From Candidatus Eiseniibacteriota bacterium (lineage in GTDB: Bacteria; Eisenbacteria; RBG-16-71-46; CAIMUX01; VGJL01), in contig CAWBWI010000006.1 of the NCBI GenBank assembly GCA_963792585.1, positions 768,001 through 832,000 on the forward strand: 64,000 nt of DNA. The letters are read 5' to 3'. Numbering within the stretch: the first letter of the stretch is position 1; each line of letters begins with the position of its first letter. The notes beneath the pieces are model-generated. The model worked only from the letters and a program-made list of their open reading frames with translations. It did not search any database and had not been told where the DNA came from. The translations under genes and the position numbers were made by a program. Shown in pieces: positions 21,753-30,048 of this stretch.

Positions 21753-23280
21753 TCTTCTCCCCCTGCTTCCCGAACCGGAACATGTCTACCTTTCCGGCGG
21801 AGGGATCGCTCTGCGGTCTCTCACAACCCTTCGCGTCGTTCCCGACGAACCGGCGACCCGGCATATCGGGGAGGAAATCGCCGGCGAGCTCGCGCGGATC
21901 ACCGGACGCCCCCTACTCGGGCCGGTCGGGCCTGCGGCGGGGGCCGGATCCGGGGCTTCCCTTCTGCTCACGATCGACCCCGAGCAACGCGCACTCGGCG
22001 AGGAGGGATACAAGCTCTCCGTGGGCGCGCAGGAGATTCGACTCGTCGCCGCAACGGCGGCCGGCCTTTTCTATGCGGGTCAGAGCCTCCTGCAACTCTT
22101 TCCGATCTCGCCGGCGGGCGATGCGACCATCCCCTGCCTCGAGATCGTCGATCGGCCTCGGTTCGCATGGCGCGGGATGCACCTCGATGTCTCTCGTCAC
22201 TTCTTTCCGGTGGACCGGATCCTCCGTTTCCTCGAGCTCATCGCGGCGCACAAGATCAACCGATTCCACTGGCACCTGACGGACGATCAAGGGTGGAGGA
22301 TCGAGATCCCGCGGTATCCGCGCCTCACCGAGGTCGGCGCGCGCCGCACCGAGCCGGACGGATCCATCCACTATGGCTTCTACAAGACCGAGGATATACG
22401 GACGGTGGTCGCATATGCCGCCGAGCGGCATATTACGGTCGTTCCGGAGATCGAGATGCCCGGCCATGCCATGGCGGCTCTCGCCGCGTATCCGGAGCTG
22501 TCCTGCACGGGCGGACCATTCACCGTGCCGAACACGTGGGGCATCTTCCAGGACGTCTTCTGCGGAGGAAAGGAAGAGACCTTCCGCCTACTCGGGGATG
22601 TCTGCGAGGAAGTGGCCTCCCTGTTCCCGGGCCTGTACATCCACATCGGCGGCGACGAGTGCCCGACCGCTCGCTGGAGGGACTGCCCCGCCTGTCGCCG
22701 GCGGATGACCGAAGACGGGTTGGCGCCCGCGGAGGGAGTTCCCGCGCGACCCGAAGAACTGCAAGGCTATTTCATTCGCAGGATCGCCGCGCTTCCCGCC
22801 CTGCGGGGCCGACGGCTGATCGGGTGGGACGAGATCCGCGAAGGCGCTCCTCCACCCGAGACGATCGTGATGTCCTGGCGCGGAATCGAACGGGGACGCG
22901 AGGCCGCGCAGGCGGGACACGATGTCGTCATCTGCCCCGCCGACGCGTGTTACTTCGATTCGTATCAGGGTCCGAGGGACCTCGAGCCGGAGGCCTTTCC
23001 CCGCGACGTGTCGCTCGAGGCGGTCTACGACTTCCACCCGGTGCCGGCCGAATTATCCGCCGAGGAGGAGAGCCATATCCTGGGCGTGCAGGGGAATATC
23101 TGGACCGAGCATATCTCCACATGGAACCACCTCGAATACATGGCGTTCCCCCGCACCTGCGCACTGGCGGAGGTCGCCTGGTCCCAGGTCTCCCGGCATG
23201 ATTGGAACAGTTTCCGCGACCGCCTGGGGACGCACCTGCTGCGGCTTGCGGCACGGGACGTGCGATACCGGCAGCCGTGA
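21745..23280 (+). CDS. GH20 beta-N-acetylhexosaminidase
   Basis: PRFAWRGMHLDVSRHF, HWHLTDDQGWR, PEIEMPGH, catalytic HIGGDE, GNIWTE. Confidence 0.95.
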   Translation: MSDLLPLLPEPEHVYLSGGGIALRSLTTLRVVPDEPATRHIGEEIAGELARITGRPLLGPVGPAAGAGSGASLLLTIDPEQRALGEEGYKLSVGAQEIRLVAATAAGLFYAGQSLLQLFPISPAGDATIPCLEIVDRPRFAWRGMHLDVSRHFFPVDRILRFLELIAAHKINRFHWHLTDDQGWRIEIPRYPRLTEVGARRTEPDGSIHYGFYKTEDIRTVVAYAAERHITVVPEIEMPGHAMAALAAYPELSCTGGPFTVPNTWGIFQDVFCGGKEETFRLLGDVCEEVASLFPGLYIHIGGDECPTARWRDCPACRRRMTEDGLAPAEGVPARPEELQGYFIRRIAALPALRGRRLIGWDEIREGAPPPETIVMSWRGIERGREAAQAGHDVVICPADACYFDSYQGPRDLEPEAFPRDVSLEAVYDFHPVPAELSAEEESHILGVQGNIWTEHISTWNHLEYMAFPRTCALAEVAWSQVSRHDWNSFRDRLGTHLLRLAARDVRYRQP

Positions 23281-23289
23281 TCCTGGCAC

Positions 23290-24108
23290 CTACCCCAAAA
23301 ACGCGAGCACAATTCGGTTGAACTGCTCCGGCTCTTCCATGCTCGGCAGGTGCGCCGTTCCCGGGATGATCTCGTGCCGTGCGCCCGGAATCTTCCCGGC
23401 GATCAGCTTCGCGATGTGCCGGAATTCCGCCACATCATGCTCCCCGACGAGGACAAGGGTCGGAACCGTGATTCGATCCAGTTGATCCATCGCGGGCGGC
23501 TGCAGGTCGATCTCGATCGCATCCGACACCGCTGGGCGGGAGCAATTGTTCAGCTGCATCTCTCGAACCAGCTCCCGCACCGTACCCTGGACCTCCCCCG
23601 CATCCCGGCGATCGCCATCCACCCACATCTTCAGGTTCAACTCGGTTGCCGCTACCGGATCGCCTCGCGCGAGTGCGCTCTCCTCGGCGGCGAAGAACGC
23701 CTGTACCTCCGCCGATTCGAACTCGTATCCGCCCAAGGCGGGATCGACCAGGACCAAAGCAGTGACCATCTCGGGATGGGCCAGGGCGAGGCTCAGGGCC
23801 ACGGCTCCCCCGAACGAGGCTCCGATGACCTCGACCCGATCGATTTCCAGGTATCTCAGGAGGGCAACGACATCCTCGTGGTGCGAGAACATTCCCGGCG
23901 CGATCGCGGATCGACCGAATCCCCGCAAGTCGCACCGGATGACGAAGCGCGGCTTCGAGAACTCCTCAACCTGGGGATCCCACATGCGGGAATCGGCGAC
24001 GCCGGCGTGAAGCAGCAGCAGCGGCTTTCCCATTCCTCCGGCTTCGAAGTAAATCTCGGTGCCGTGGATGGGCGCCAATCCCGCCCTGCCTTGCTTCGAT
24101 GAAGGCAC
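23290..24108 (-). CDS. Alpha/beta hydrolase
   Basis: LLHAG, DLRGFGRS, nucleophile GASFGG, GEHD, AHLPSME. Confidence 0.9.
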   Translation of the reverse strand: MPSSKQGRAGLAPIHGTEIYFEAGGMGKPLLLLHAGVADSRMWDPQVEEFSKPRFVIRCDLRGFGRSAIAPGMFSHHEDVVALLRYLEIDRVEVIGASFGGAVALSLALAHPEMVTALVLVDPALGGYEFESAEVQAFFAAEESALARGDPVAATELNLKMWVDGDRRDAGEVQGTVRELVREMQLNNCSRPAVSDAIEIDLQPPAMDQLDRITVPTLVLVGEHDVAEFRHIAKLIAGKIPGARHEIIPGTAHLPSMEEPEQFNRIVLAFLG

Positions 24109-24136
24109 ACTGCGCTCCTTTTCCTGAGCCGTTCGG

Positions 24137-24664
24137 CTAACCCAGATACCGCTCCCGAAGCACCTTTTGATGGTGGATCTCGTGGCCGGCCATGACGAAG
24201 AGGAGCGCCCGCACTGAGACCTCCTTGCCCTTGGCCGTGCCACGGCGCGGCAAGACTTCCGGCTCGAGGCTGCGGAAGAGGCGCGTATTCGCTTCGCGCA
24301 AGAGCCGAAACTCCTCCGCCAGGTCGACCAGCGCGCGTCGATCGAAGTGCGCTTCCCGCACGAAGTCATTCTCTGCGAAACCGGGGAGCGGCGTGCCGTC
24401 TCCCCGCGCGAAGCAAAGAAGCCGGTAGGCGAAGACCCGTTCGGCATCGATCAGGTGGCCGATGACCTCCTTGATGCTCCACTTCCCCGGGGCATACCGA
24501 TGCCCTGCGCGCGCCTCCGTCAATCCGGCCACGAGGCCGAGCGTGTCCCCGGCGCCGGCGGCCAAGATGTCGATCACGGAGCCGTCCGGCACCTGCCCGA
24601 CGTAACCGGCGTAGAACTCCGCGTACTCGTCCGCGGCCGGTCGGATCGCAAATGGATCGGTCAT
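24137..24664 (-). CDS. DinB family protein
   Basis: YAPGKWSIKEVIGHLIDAERVF, GHEIHH; RBS GAGGAG. Confidence 0.9.
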   Translation of the reverse strand: MTDPFAIRPAADEYAEFYAGYVGQVPDGSVIDILAAGAGDTLGLVAGLTEARAGHRYAPGKWSIKEVIGHLIDAERVFAYRLLCFARGDGTPLPGFAENDFVREAHFDRRALVDLAEEFRLLREANTRLFRSLEPEVLPRRGTAKGKEVSVRALLFVMAGHEIHHQKVLRERYLG

Positions 24665-24851
24665 GGGGTCCTCCTCGTAGATGGCCGCTCCCGTGTGCGG
24701 TCGGCAAGGGTCCAACAGTCCGTGAAGCGTATCACGACGACCCAGGGGGTTGCGCCTTCGCCGCCCACCTCCCAATCGAGCCGGCGGACGGACTCCGTGA
24801 GGAACCTGCGCCCCCCTCCGCGGTACAATGCCGGTTCCGGAAATGAGGTCC

Positions 24852-25730
24852 ATGAAACGCTGGAATCGACGGATACGCCTGATCCCAATCCTCGCCCTCA
24901 CGCTCATCGGGGGGGCGTCGTGCGCTCATGCCCCGCGGACGCTCTTCACGTCGGCTTCGGGAGATCACGTTCGGGTGCGCATGATCGCCGACGCTGAGGA
25001 GCTGATCCCCGGAGCCACCCACCGGATCGGCGTCCTGTTCGAGATGGATCCGGGTTGGCATCTCTATGGACCCACCAGGAACGACTCCGGCCTGCCGGTC
25101 CTCCTGGAGCCGAGCGCCTCCGAGGGGTTTTCACTCGGCGAGCCGCTCTGGCCGACCCCCCATCGACTCCTGTCCGAGGGGCCGGTCCTCGATCACGTCT
25201 ACGAGGATCGTGTCACGGCGATCCTCCCGCTCGCGGTGCCGCCGGACGCCCGTCCGGGAGAGAGCGTGAAGCTTCAGTGCCGCGCCTCCTGGCTGGTCTG
25301 CGGCACCGGCTGCATCCCGGGCGAAGGGGTCGTCGAGATCATTCTGCCGATCGGCAGGTCCGGCGTCCCACGAGCGTCGAGCGATGCGCGTTTCATCCAC
25401 GCCGCCGAGGGACGCTTGCCGATGCCGCTCGCGCCGTCCGCATCGTCGGACTGGGGCCGCGAGGATTGGACCATCCGGGTCCCCGGAGCCGCCGCGCTCA
25501 CCTTCTACCCGTTTGAAACCTGCGCCCCCCTGGTCGACATCATCGGCGATGCCGTGTCGAAGACCGATCGATTGCGGCTGCGGCTCGAGCCGGACGGGCC
25601 GGCGGACAGCCGGATCACCGGGATCCTCGAGGTCGCGACCTCCAACACACCGCGTTTCTACTCCATCGACTCCCACCGCCCACCGGTCGGGGCGGGAGAA
25701 TCCACCGACAAGAACGGATCTCAACGATAG
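24852..25730 (+). CDS. Secreted DsbD N-terminal-domain protein
   Basis: Signal/lipoprotein-like N-terminus; GWHLYG..NDSGLP, WPTP, WLVCGTGCIPG. Confidence 0.75.
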   Translation: MKRWNRRIRLIPILALTLIGGASCAHAPRTLFTSASGDHVRVRMIADAEELIPGATHRIGVLFEMDPGWHLYGPTRNDSGLPVLLEPSASEGFSLGEPLWPTPHRLLSEGPVLDHVYEDRVTAILPLAVPPDARPGESVKLQCRASWLVCGTGCIPGEGVVEIILPIGRSGVPRASSDARFIHAAEGRLPMPLAPSASSDWGREDWTIRVPGAAALTFYPFETCAPLVDIIGDAVSKTDRLRLRLEPDGPADSRITGILEVATSNTPRFYSIDSHRPPVGAGESTDKNGSQR

Positions 25731-25746
25731 AAAGGAACCTGCAACG

Positions 25747-26400
25747 ATGAACCTGAAGGCGCGCACCCATCTCCTCCTCCTCCTGCCCGCGCTCGCGCTC
25801 ACGGCATTTGGTTCGGCCGCCAGGGCCTCCGACGCTGCCGCTCCCGCCGTCGCGGAGGTCGGCCGGCCGGCCCCGAACTTCACCCTCAAGGACACCGACG
25901 GGAAGGAACACCAGCTGAGCAACTACATCGCGCAAGGCAAGGTCGTCGTCCTCGAGTGGTTCAATCCCGACTGCCCCTTCGTCAAGCGGCATCACGCGCA
26001 GTCCAAGACGATGGTGGACCTGAGCGCCGCGTACAAGGACAAGGGCGTCGTCTGGCTGGCGATCAATTCGGGCGCTCCCGGGAATCAGGGCGCGGGTCTC
26101 GAGCGCAACGCAAAGGCGAAGAAGGAATACCAGATGGACTACCCGATCCTGCTCGATGAATCGGGCGCGACGGGACGGATGTACGGGGCCAAGACGACGC
26201 CCCACATGTTCGTGATCGGCAAGGACGGCATCCTCCTCTACGCGGGCGGGATCGACGACGATCCCCGCGGAGCGAAGGCGGACCGCGTCAACTACGTCGA
26301 GCAGGCCCTCGCTTCCTGCGTGAAGGGTCGGCCGGTGGCGAAGAACCACTCCGACTCCTATGGATGCTCGGTGAAGTACAAGGCGATCTCAGCGATGTGA
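25747..26400 (+). CDS. Secreted redoxin (AhpC/TSA, PRX-like thioredoxin fold)
   Basis: APNFTLKD, LEWFNPDCPFV, YGAKTTPHMF, GGIDD, YGCSVK. Confidence 0.85.
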   Translation: MNLKARTHLLLLLPALALTAFGSAARASDAAAPAVAEVGRPAPNFTLKDTDGKEHQLSNYIAQGKVVVLEWFNPDCPFVKRHHAQSKTMVDLSAAYKDKGVVWLAINSGAPGNQGAGLERNAKAKKEYQMDYPILLDESGATGRMYGAKTTPHMFVIGKDGILLYAGGIDDDPRGAKADRVNYVEQALASCVKGRPVAKNHSDSYGCSVKYKAISAM

Positions 26401-26598
26401 TCCATGCCGGGCGCGGGGGCGATCGATCGGATCGCCTCCCGCGCCGGCCCCGTGGAACGATCTGCTCGCGATCCTCCAGGAAGAGCGCGTCGAGACGGCG
26501 CGCCGTGGATTCGAAGGCCCCAACCGGTTCACCTCCCGCGGTTGTTCTTTCGAAATGACCCCCGGGTGCCCCGTTTCATGGCGAGCCTCCGCCAATCA

Positions 26599-26765
26599 AG
26601 CAAAGTTGAATAGTCGAAAACGCTATTAAAGTTTGCTGTCCGATTTTGAATAGTGGAGTGCCGACAGGCACGCGACTCAACCCTGAAAAGGGCAGGTCAA
26701 CACTTGAGGGGCCTCAGACAATCCCGCGTAATCGACTCTAACTATACTGGTTAGGGGTTTGAATA
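26599..26765. other. AT-rich multi-hairpin element between convergent genes (candidate structured RNA or mobile-element remnant)
   Basis: 15-bp imperfect inverted repeat 26599-26637; hairpins GTGCC-GACA-GGCAC, CCCT-GAAA-AGGG, TGAG-GGGC-CTCA; three TTGAATA copies. Confidence 0.35.
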
Positions 26766-27851
26766 ATCGCACCACTGGGCGACGCTGTTTACGCGGACGT
26801 TCCCGGCATGGGTAAACCACCCGGCGGCGATGAGCGTCCCTCGGTGCATTGCCAGCGACGCGAGACCCGTCGATACCCACCCCGGCGCGGCTCCGTCGAG
26901 TTGGTCTCCCAGCGAAACCCACGCGGAACCGCTCCAGCGCATCACCTGATTCCTCACCTCAGCCCGCCGATGAGCGATGCGACCGCAGGCGACGAGGCGT
27001 CCGTTCTGCAGGATCAGGGAGGTGACCGTTCCGACCAGACTGTCGCCGTACGCAGTCCAGGCAAGCCCATCCCACGCGGCGATGCCGTAGAAGGTCCGAT
27101 CATCCTCGAAGCGGAATGACCCGGCGGCGTACAACCGCGAGCCGTCGCTCGCCATCGCGCTGATGTCGCCCAGGAGAGGCCTTCCTTCGTTGGTGTCGTT
27201 TCCCATGGAATGCCATGCGACGCCGTCCCACTGTGCAATATAGGGCGCGGGGACCCCATCGATGTCGACGAAGCTGCCGGCGGCGATGAGATTCGCGCCA
27301 GGCGTGCAGAGGGCGGTCGTGGCGGCGAACGCGCTCAACCTGCCGATTGACTGCCATTGCGCGCCGTCCCAACGGCCGATGACCATGTCGGAACTGATGC
27401 GCAGTCGCCCACCGGCGATGACCGCCCCCTGGTAGCTCGCGAAGGCCCAGACCCTCCGGTTGTCGAGCCCGGCGGTCATCGGTTGCCAAGAATCGCCATC
27501 CCATCGGCCAATCCACTCTTCGAAGTGCGTCCCCTCCAGCCATCCGTGCACTACCGGCCGATGATCGTGGATCAGCAGGCGGGAGACGCTCAGCGTTTCG
27601 GCCCCGACCGTCCTCCAGGCGCCGTCGCGCCAGGTCGCGAGCCCGCAGGACTGGTCCGCGCCTTCCGTAACGGCGAACGCCCCGCCGATGTAGAGCGAGT
27701 CCCCGTCGCTCGCAACGGCGTTGACCCCGCCGTCCACTCCTTGCGCGAGCGGCGACCATCCCGACACGCAGGACGGTTTCGTCGATGAGTCCTTGTCGCA
27801 ACCTGTGAAGAGCAGGAGACCGGTAACGATGTGAACCGCGAACGCTCGCAT
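26751..27851 (-). CDS. Lipoprotein with W-D-G-x-x-W beta-propeller repeats
   Basis: Lipobox LLLFTGC; about seven repeats like LYIGGAF...WDG..W. Confidence 0.75.
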   Translation of the reverse strand: MRAFAVHIVTGLLLFTGCDKDSSTKPSCVSGWSPLAQGVDGGVNAVASDGDSLYIGGAFAVTEGADQSCGLATWRDGAWRTVGAETLSVSRLLIHDHRPVVHGWLEGTHFEEWIGRWDGDSWQPMTAGLDNRRVWAFASYQGAVIAGGRLRISSDMVIGRWDGAQWQSIGRLSAFAATTALCTPGANLIAAGSFVDIDGVPAPYIAQWDGVAWHSMGNDTNEGRPLLGDISAMASDGSRLYAAGSFRFEDDRTFYGIAAWDGLAWTAYGDSLVGTVTSLILQNGRLVACGRIAHRRAEVRNQVMRWSGSAWVSLGDQLDGAAPGWVSTGLASLAMHRGTLIAAGWFTHAGNVRVNSVAQWCDYSNP

Positions 27852-27925
27852 GAAGGACCTCCGACCGCCCCATTCGGTCGAGAAACTCCTGCCGAACGGG
27901 GGAATCGAAACGCCGGACGTTCCCC

Positions 27926-29329
27926 TTACGCCACCATCTTGTCGTGCTTCCCCACGATCCGATTCAGAGGCCGCCCGATCGCCCACATCGCAACGCCCGC
28001 GCCAAGGCCGAGCAGCGTCAGGACCAGGAAGTAGGCGTCCCTCGGCATCTTCTCCCAGAACGTGCCGAGGTATCCGGACATGTAGTTGCCGAAGAAGCTC
28101 GAGAGGTACCAGACGCCCATCATCATCGAGACCATGCGCGCGGGCGCGACCTTGGTCACGAGCGAGAGGCCGATCGGGGAGAGGTAGAGCTCCCCGATCG
28201 TGAGAACGAAGGTCGTGCCAGCGAGCCAGGCGACGTTGCGGCGCGTCTCGGGCGTCATTCCCTGCGCGGCGATGATCATGATCACGTACGAGGCGCCGAG
28301 CAGGAAGCAGCCGAGCGCCATCTTCGTCACCGATGTCGGCTCCTGCTTGCGTCGCGACTGCCATGCCCAGAAGATGTTCAGGAGCGGCGCGAGGACGAAG
28401 ATCATGAGCGGGTTGAACGACTGAAACCAGGTCGACGGCATGTCGAAGCCGAGAATGTGCCAGTTCGTGTTTCGATCGGCCCAGAGCTGCATGGTGTTCC
28501 CCTGCTGCTCGTAGACTCCCCAGAAGACGATGTTGAGCGCGCAGAGGACGATCAGGGCACCGATCCTCTGCCACTCCTCGCGCGTGATCGGCTCCTTCAC
28601 CTTCGGAGCGCCGACACGTCGCGTCGCGGTCAGGTTGTCCTCTCCCAGGTGCCTCTGTCCAAGCAGATAGATCACGAGTCCCGCGATCATGCCCACGCCG
28701 GCCGCGCCAAACCCGTAGTGCCACCCGAGCTTCTGGCCAAGCGTGCCGCAGACGAGCGGCGAGAGGAACGCGCCGAGGTTGATGCCCATGTAGAAGATCG
28801 TGAACGCGCCGTCGCGGCGCGGGTCGCCCTTCGCGTAGAGGCTGCCGACCTGGGTCGAGATGTTCGGCTTGAAGGCGCCGTTGCCGAAGATCAGGAACAT
28901 CAGCGCGACGAAGAAGAGGCTCTCGATGGCCATGAGGAAGTGGCCGATCGCCATGAGGATCGCCCCGAGCACCACGGTCTTGCGCTGCCCGAGGACGCGG
29001 TCGGCGAGCATCCCGCCGAAGAACGGCGTCAGATAGACGAAGGCGGTGTAGAGGCCGTAGATCTGCGACGACAGCGGCTGGATCGCGAGCGGGCCGAAGA
29101 GCGACTCGAGCGCCCCCTTGATCGCGTTGTACCCGAGGACCTCCGCCCCGACGTCCGGCTTCAGGAAGAGGTGGTTCACCATGTAGAGGACGAGGAGCGA
29201 GCGCATTCCGTAGTACGAGAAGCGCTCCCACATCTCGGTGAAGAAGAGGACGAATAGCCCGACGGGATGACCCAGGATCATCCGGCCGGTGCCGGGCACG
29301 TAGCCTCTCCGCTCGATGGACTCGCTCAT
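27926..29329 (-). CDS. dtpT: Proton-dependent oligopeptide (POT/PTR2) transporter
   Basis: EMWERFSYYGMR (ExxER motif), FYMGINLGA, GELYLSPIG. Confidence 0.92.
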   Translation of the reverse strand: MSESIERRGYVPGTGRMILGHPVGLFVLFFTEMWERFSYYGMRSLLVLYMVNHLFLKPDVGAEVLGYNAIKGALESLFGPLAIQPLSSQIYGLYTAFVYLTPFFGGMLADRVLGQRKTVVLGAILMAIGHFLMAIESLFFVALMFLIFGNGAFKPNISTQVGSLYAKGDPRRDGAFTIFYMGINLGAFLSPLVCGTLGQKLGWHYGFGAAGVGMIAGLVIYLLGQRHLGEDNLTATRRVGAPKVKEPITREEWQRIGALIVLCALNIVFWGVYEQQGNTMQLWADRNTNWHILGFDMPSTWFQSFNPLMIFVLAPLLNIFWAWQSRRKQEPTSVTKMALGCFLLGASYVIMIIAAQGMTPETRRNVAWLAGTTFVLTIGELYLSPIGLSLVTKVAPARMVSMMMGVWYLSSFFGNYMSGYLGTFWEKMPRDAYFLVLTLLGLGAGVAMWAIGRPLNRIVGKHDKMVA

Positions 29330-29471
29330 GAGTGCGTCCCCCTCTACCCCAACCCCAGGCCCGACAAGCGACCCGCGCACGCCGTAGGAGTCTATCGGGC
29401 CGGGCGGGCAAATGCACTACCATGGAGCGTCCCGCCGGGGGGCGTCCCCGCAGCCGCAAGGAGGTCTTCGC

Positions 29472-29996
29472 ATGGATCCGCGCTATCCGATCGGCACGTT
29501 CACCGCCCCCGCAGAGTACACGCCCTCCTCGCGCGCAGGGGCGATCGGGAAGATCGCCGCCCTGCCTGGGCTCCTGCGAAAAACCGCCGCAGGGCGATCG
29601 CCGGACCAGCTCGACACCCCATACCGCGAGGGAGGGTGGACGATCCGGCAGGTGGTCCACCATCTGCCCGACAGCCACATGAACGCCTACGTCCGCTTCC
29701 GGCTGGCGCTGACCGAGGATCGCCCGGTGATCAAGGCGTACGAGGAGGCCCGCTGGGCGGAGCTCGCCGACGCGCGTTCCGGGCCGATCGAGATTTCCCT
29801 GGATCTGATCGACGCGTTGCACGTGCGATGGGTCCGGCTCTTGGAAGCGCTCGGACCGGCCGAGTTCGCCCGAACCTTCAAGCATCCCGAAATGGGCGAG
29901 ATGTCCCTCGATCGCACGCTCGCAATGTATGCGTGGCACGGGGAGCACCACGTCGGACAGATCGCGTCGCTGGCGGAGAGGATGGGGTGGCGCTAG
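29472..29996 (+). CDS. yfiT: YfiT/BstA-family DinB-fold (bacillithiol) S-transferase
   Basis: MDPRYPIG, LDTPYREGGWTIRQVVHHLPDSHMNAY, YAWHGEHH. Confidence 0.88.
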   Translation: MDPRYPIGTFTAPAEYTPSSRAGAIGKIAALPGLLRKTAAGRSPDQLDTPYREGGWTIRQVVHHLPDSHMNAYVRFRLALTEDRPVIKAYEEARWAELADARSGPIEISLDLIDALHVRWVRLLEALGPAEFARTFKHPEMGEMSLDRTLAMYAWHGEHHVGQIASLAERMGWR

Positions 29997-30048
29997 GGCG
30001 TCCGAGCGTCAGGGCATTCAGGCATCAGAGCGATCGCCCGTCCGCTCC

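Noticed and set aside
26675..26757. Integron attC (ACTCAAC...GTTAGGG) or dif site
   Set aside because: No complementary L boxes, the R boxes pair poorly, no integrase, and no good TTATGTTAAAT XerD arm.
26599..26765. CRISPR mini-array, tracrRNA or IscB/TnpB omega-RNA
   Set aside because: The repeated core is only 7-9 bp with irregular spacing, and no cas, iscB or tnpB gene is in the window.
26751..29951. 1066-aa ORF and other long overlapping or antisense ORFs
   Set aside because: Shadow frames typical of high-GC DNA; only 26751..27851 is protein-like.
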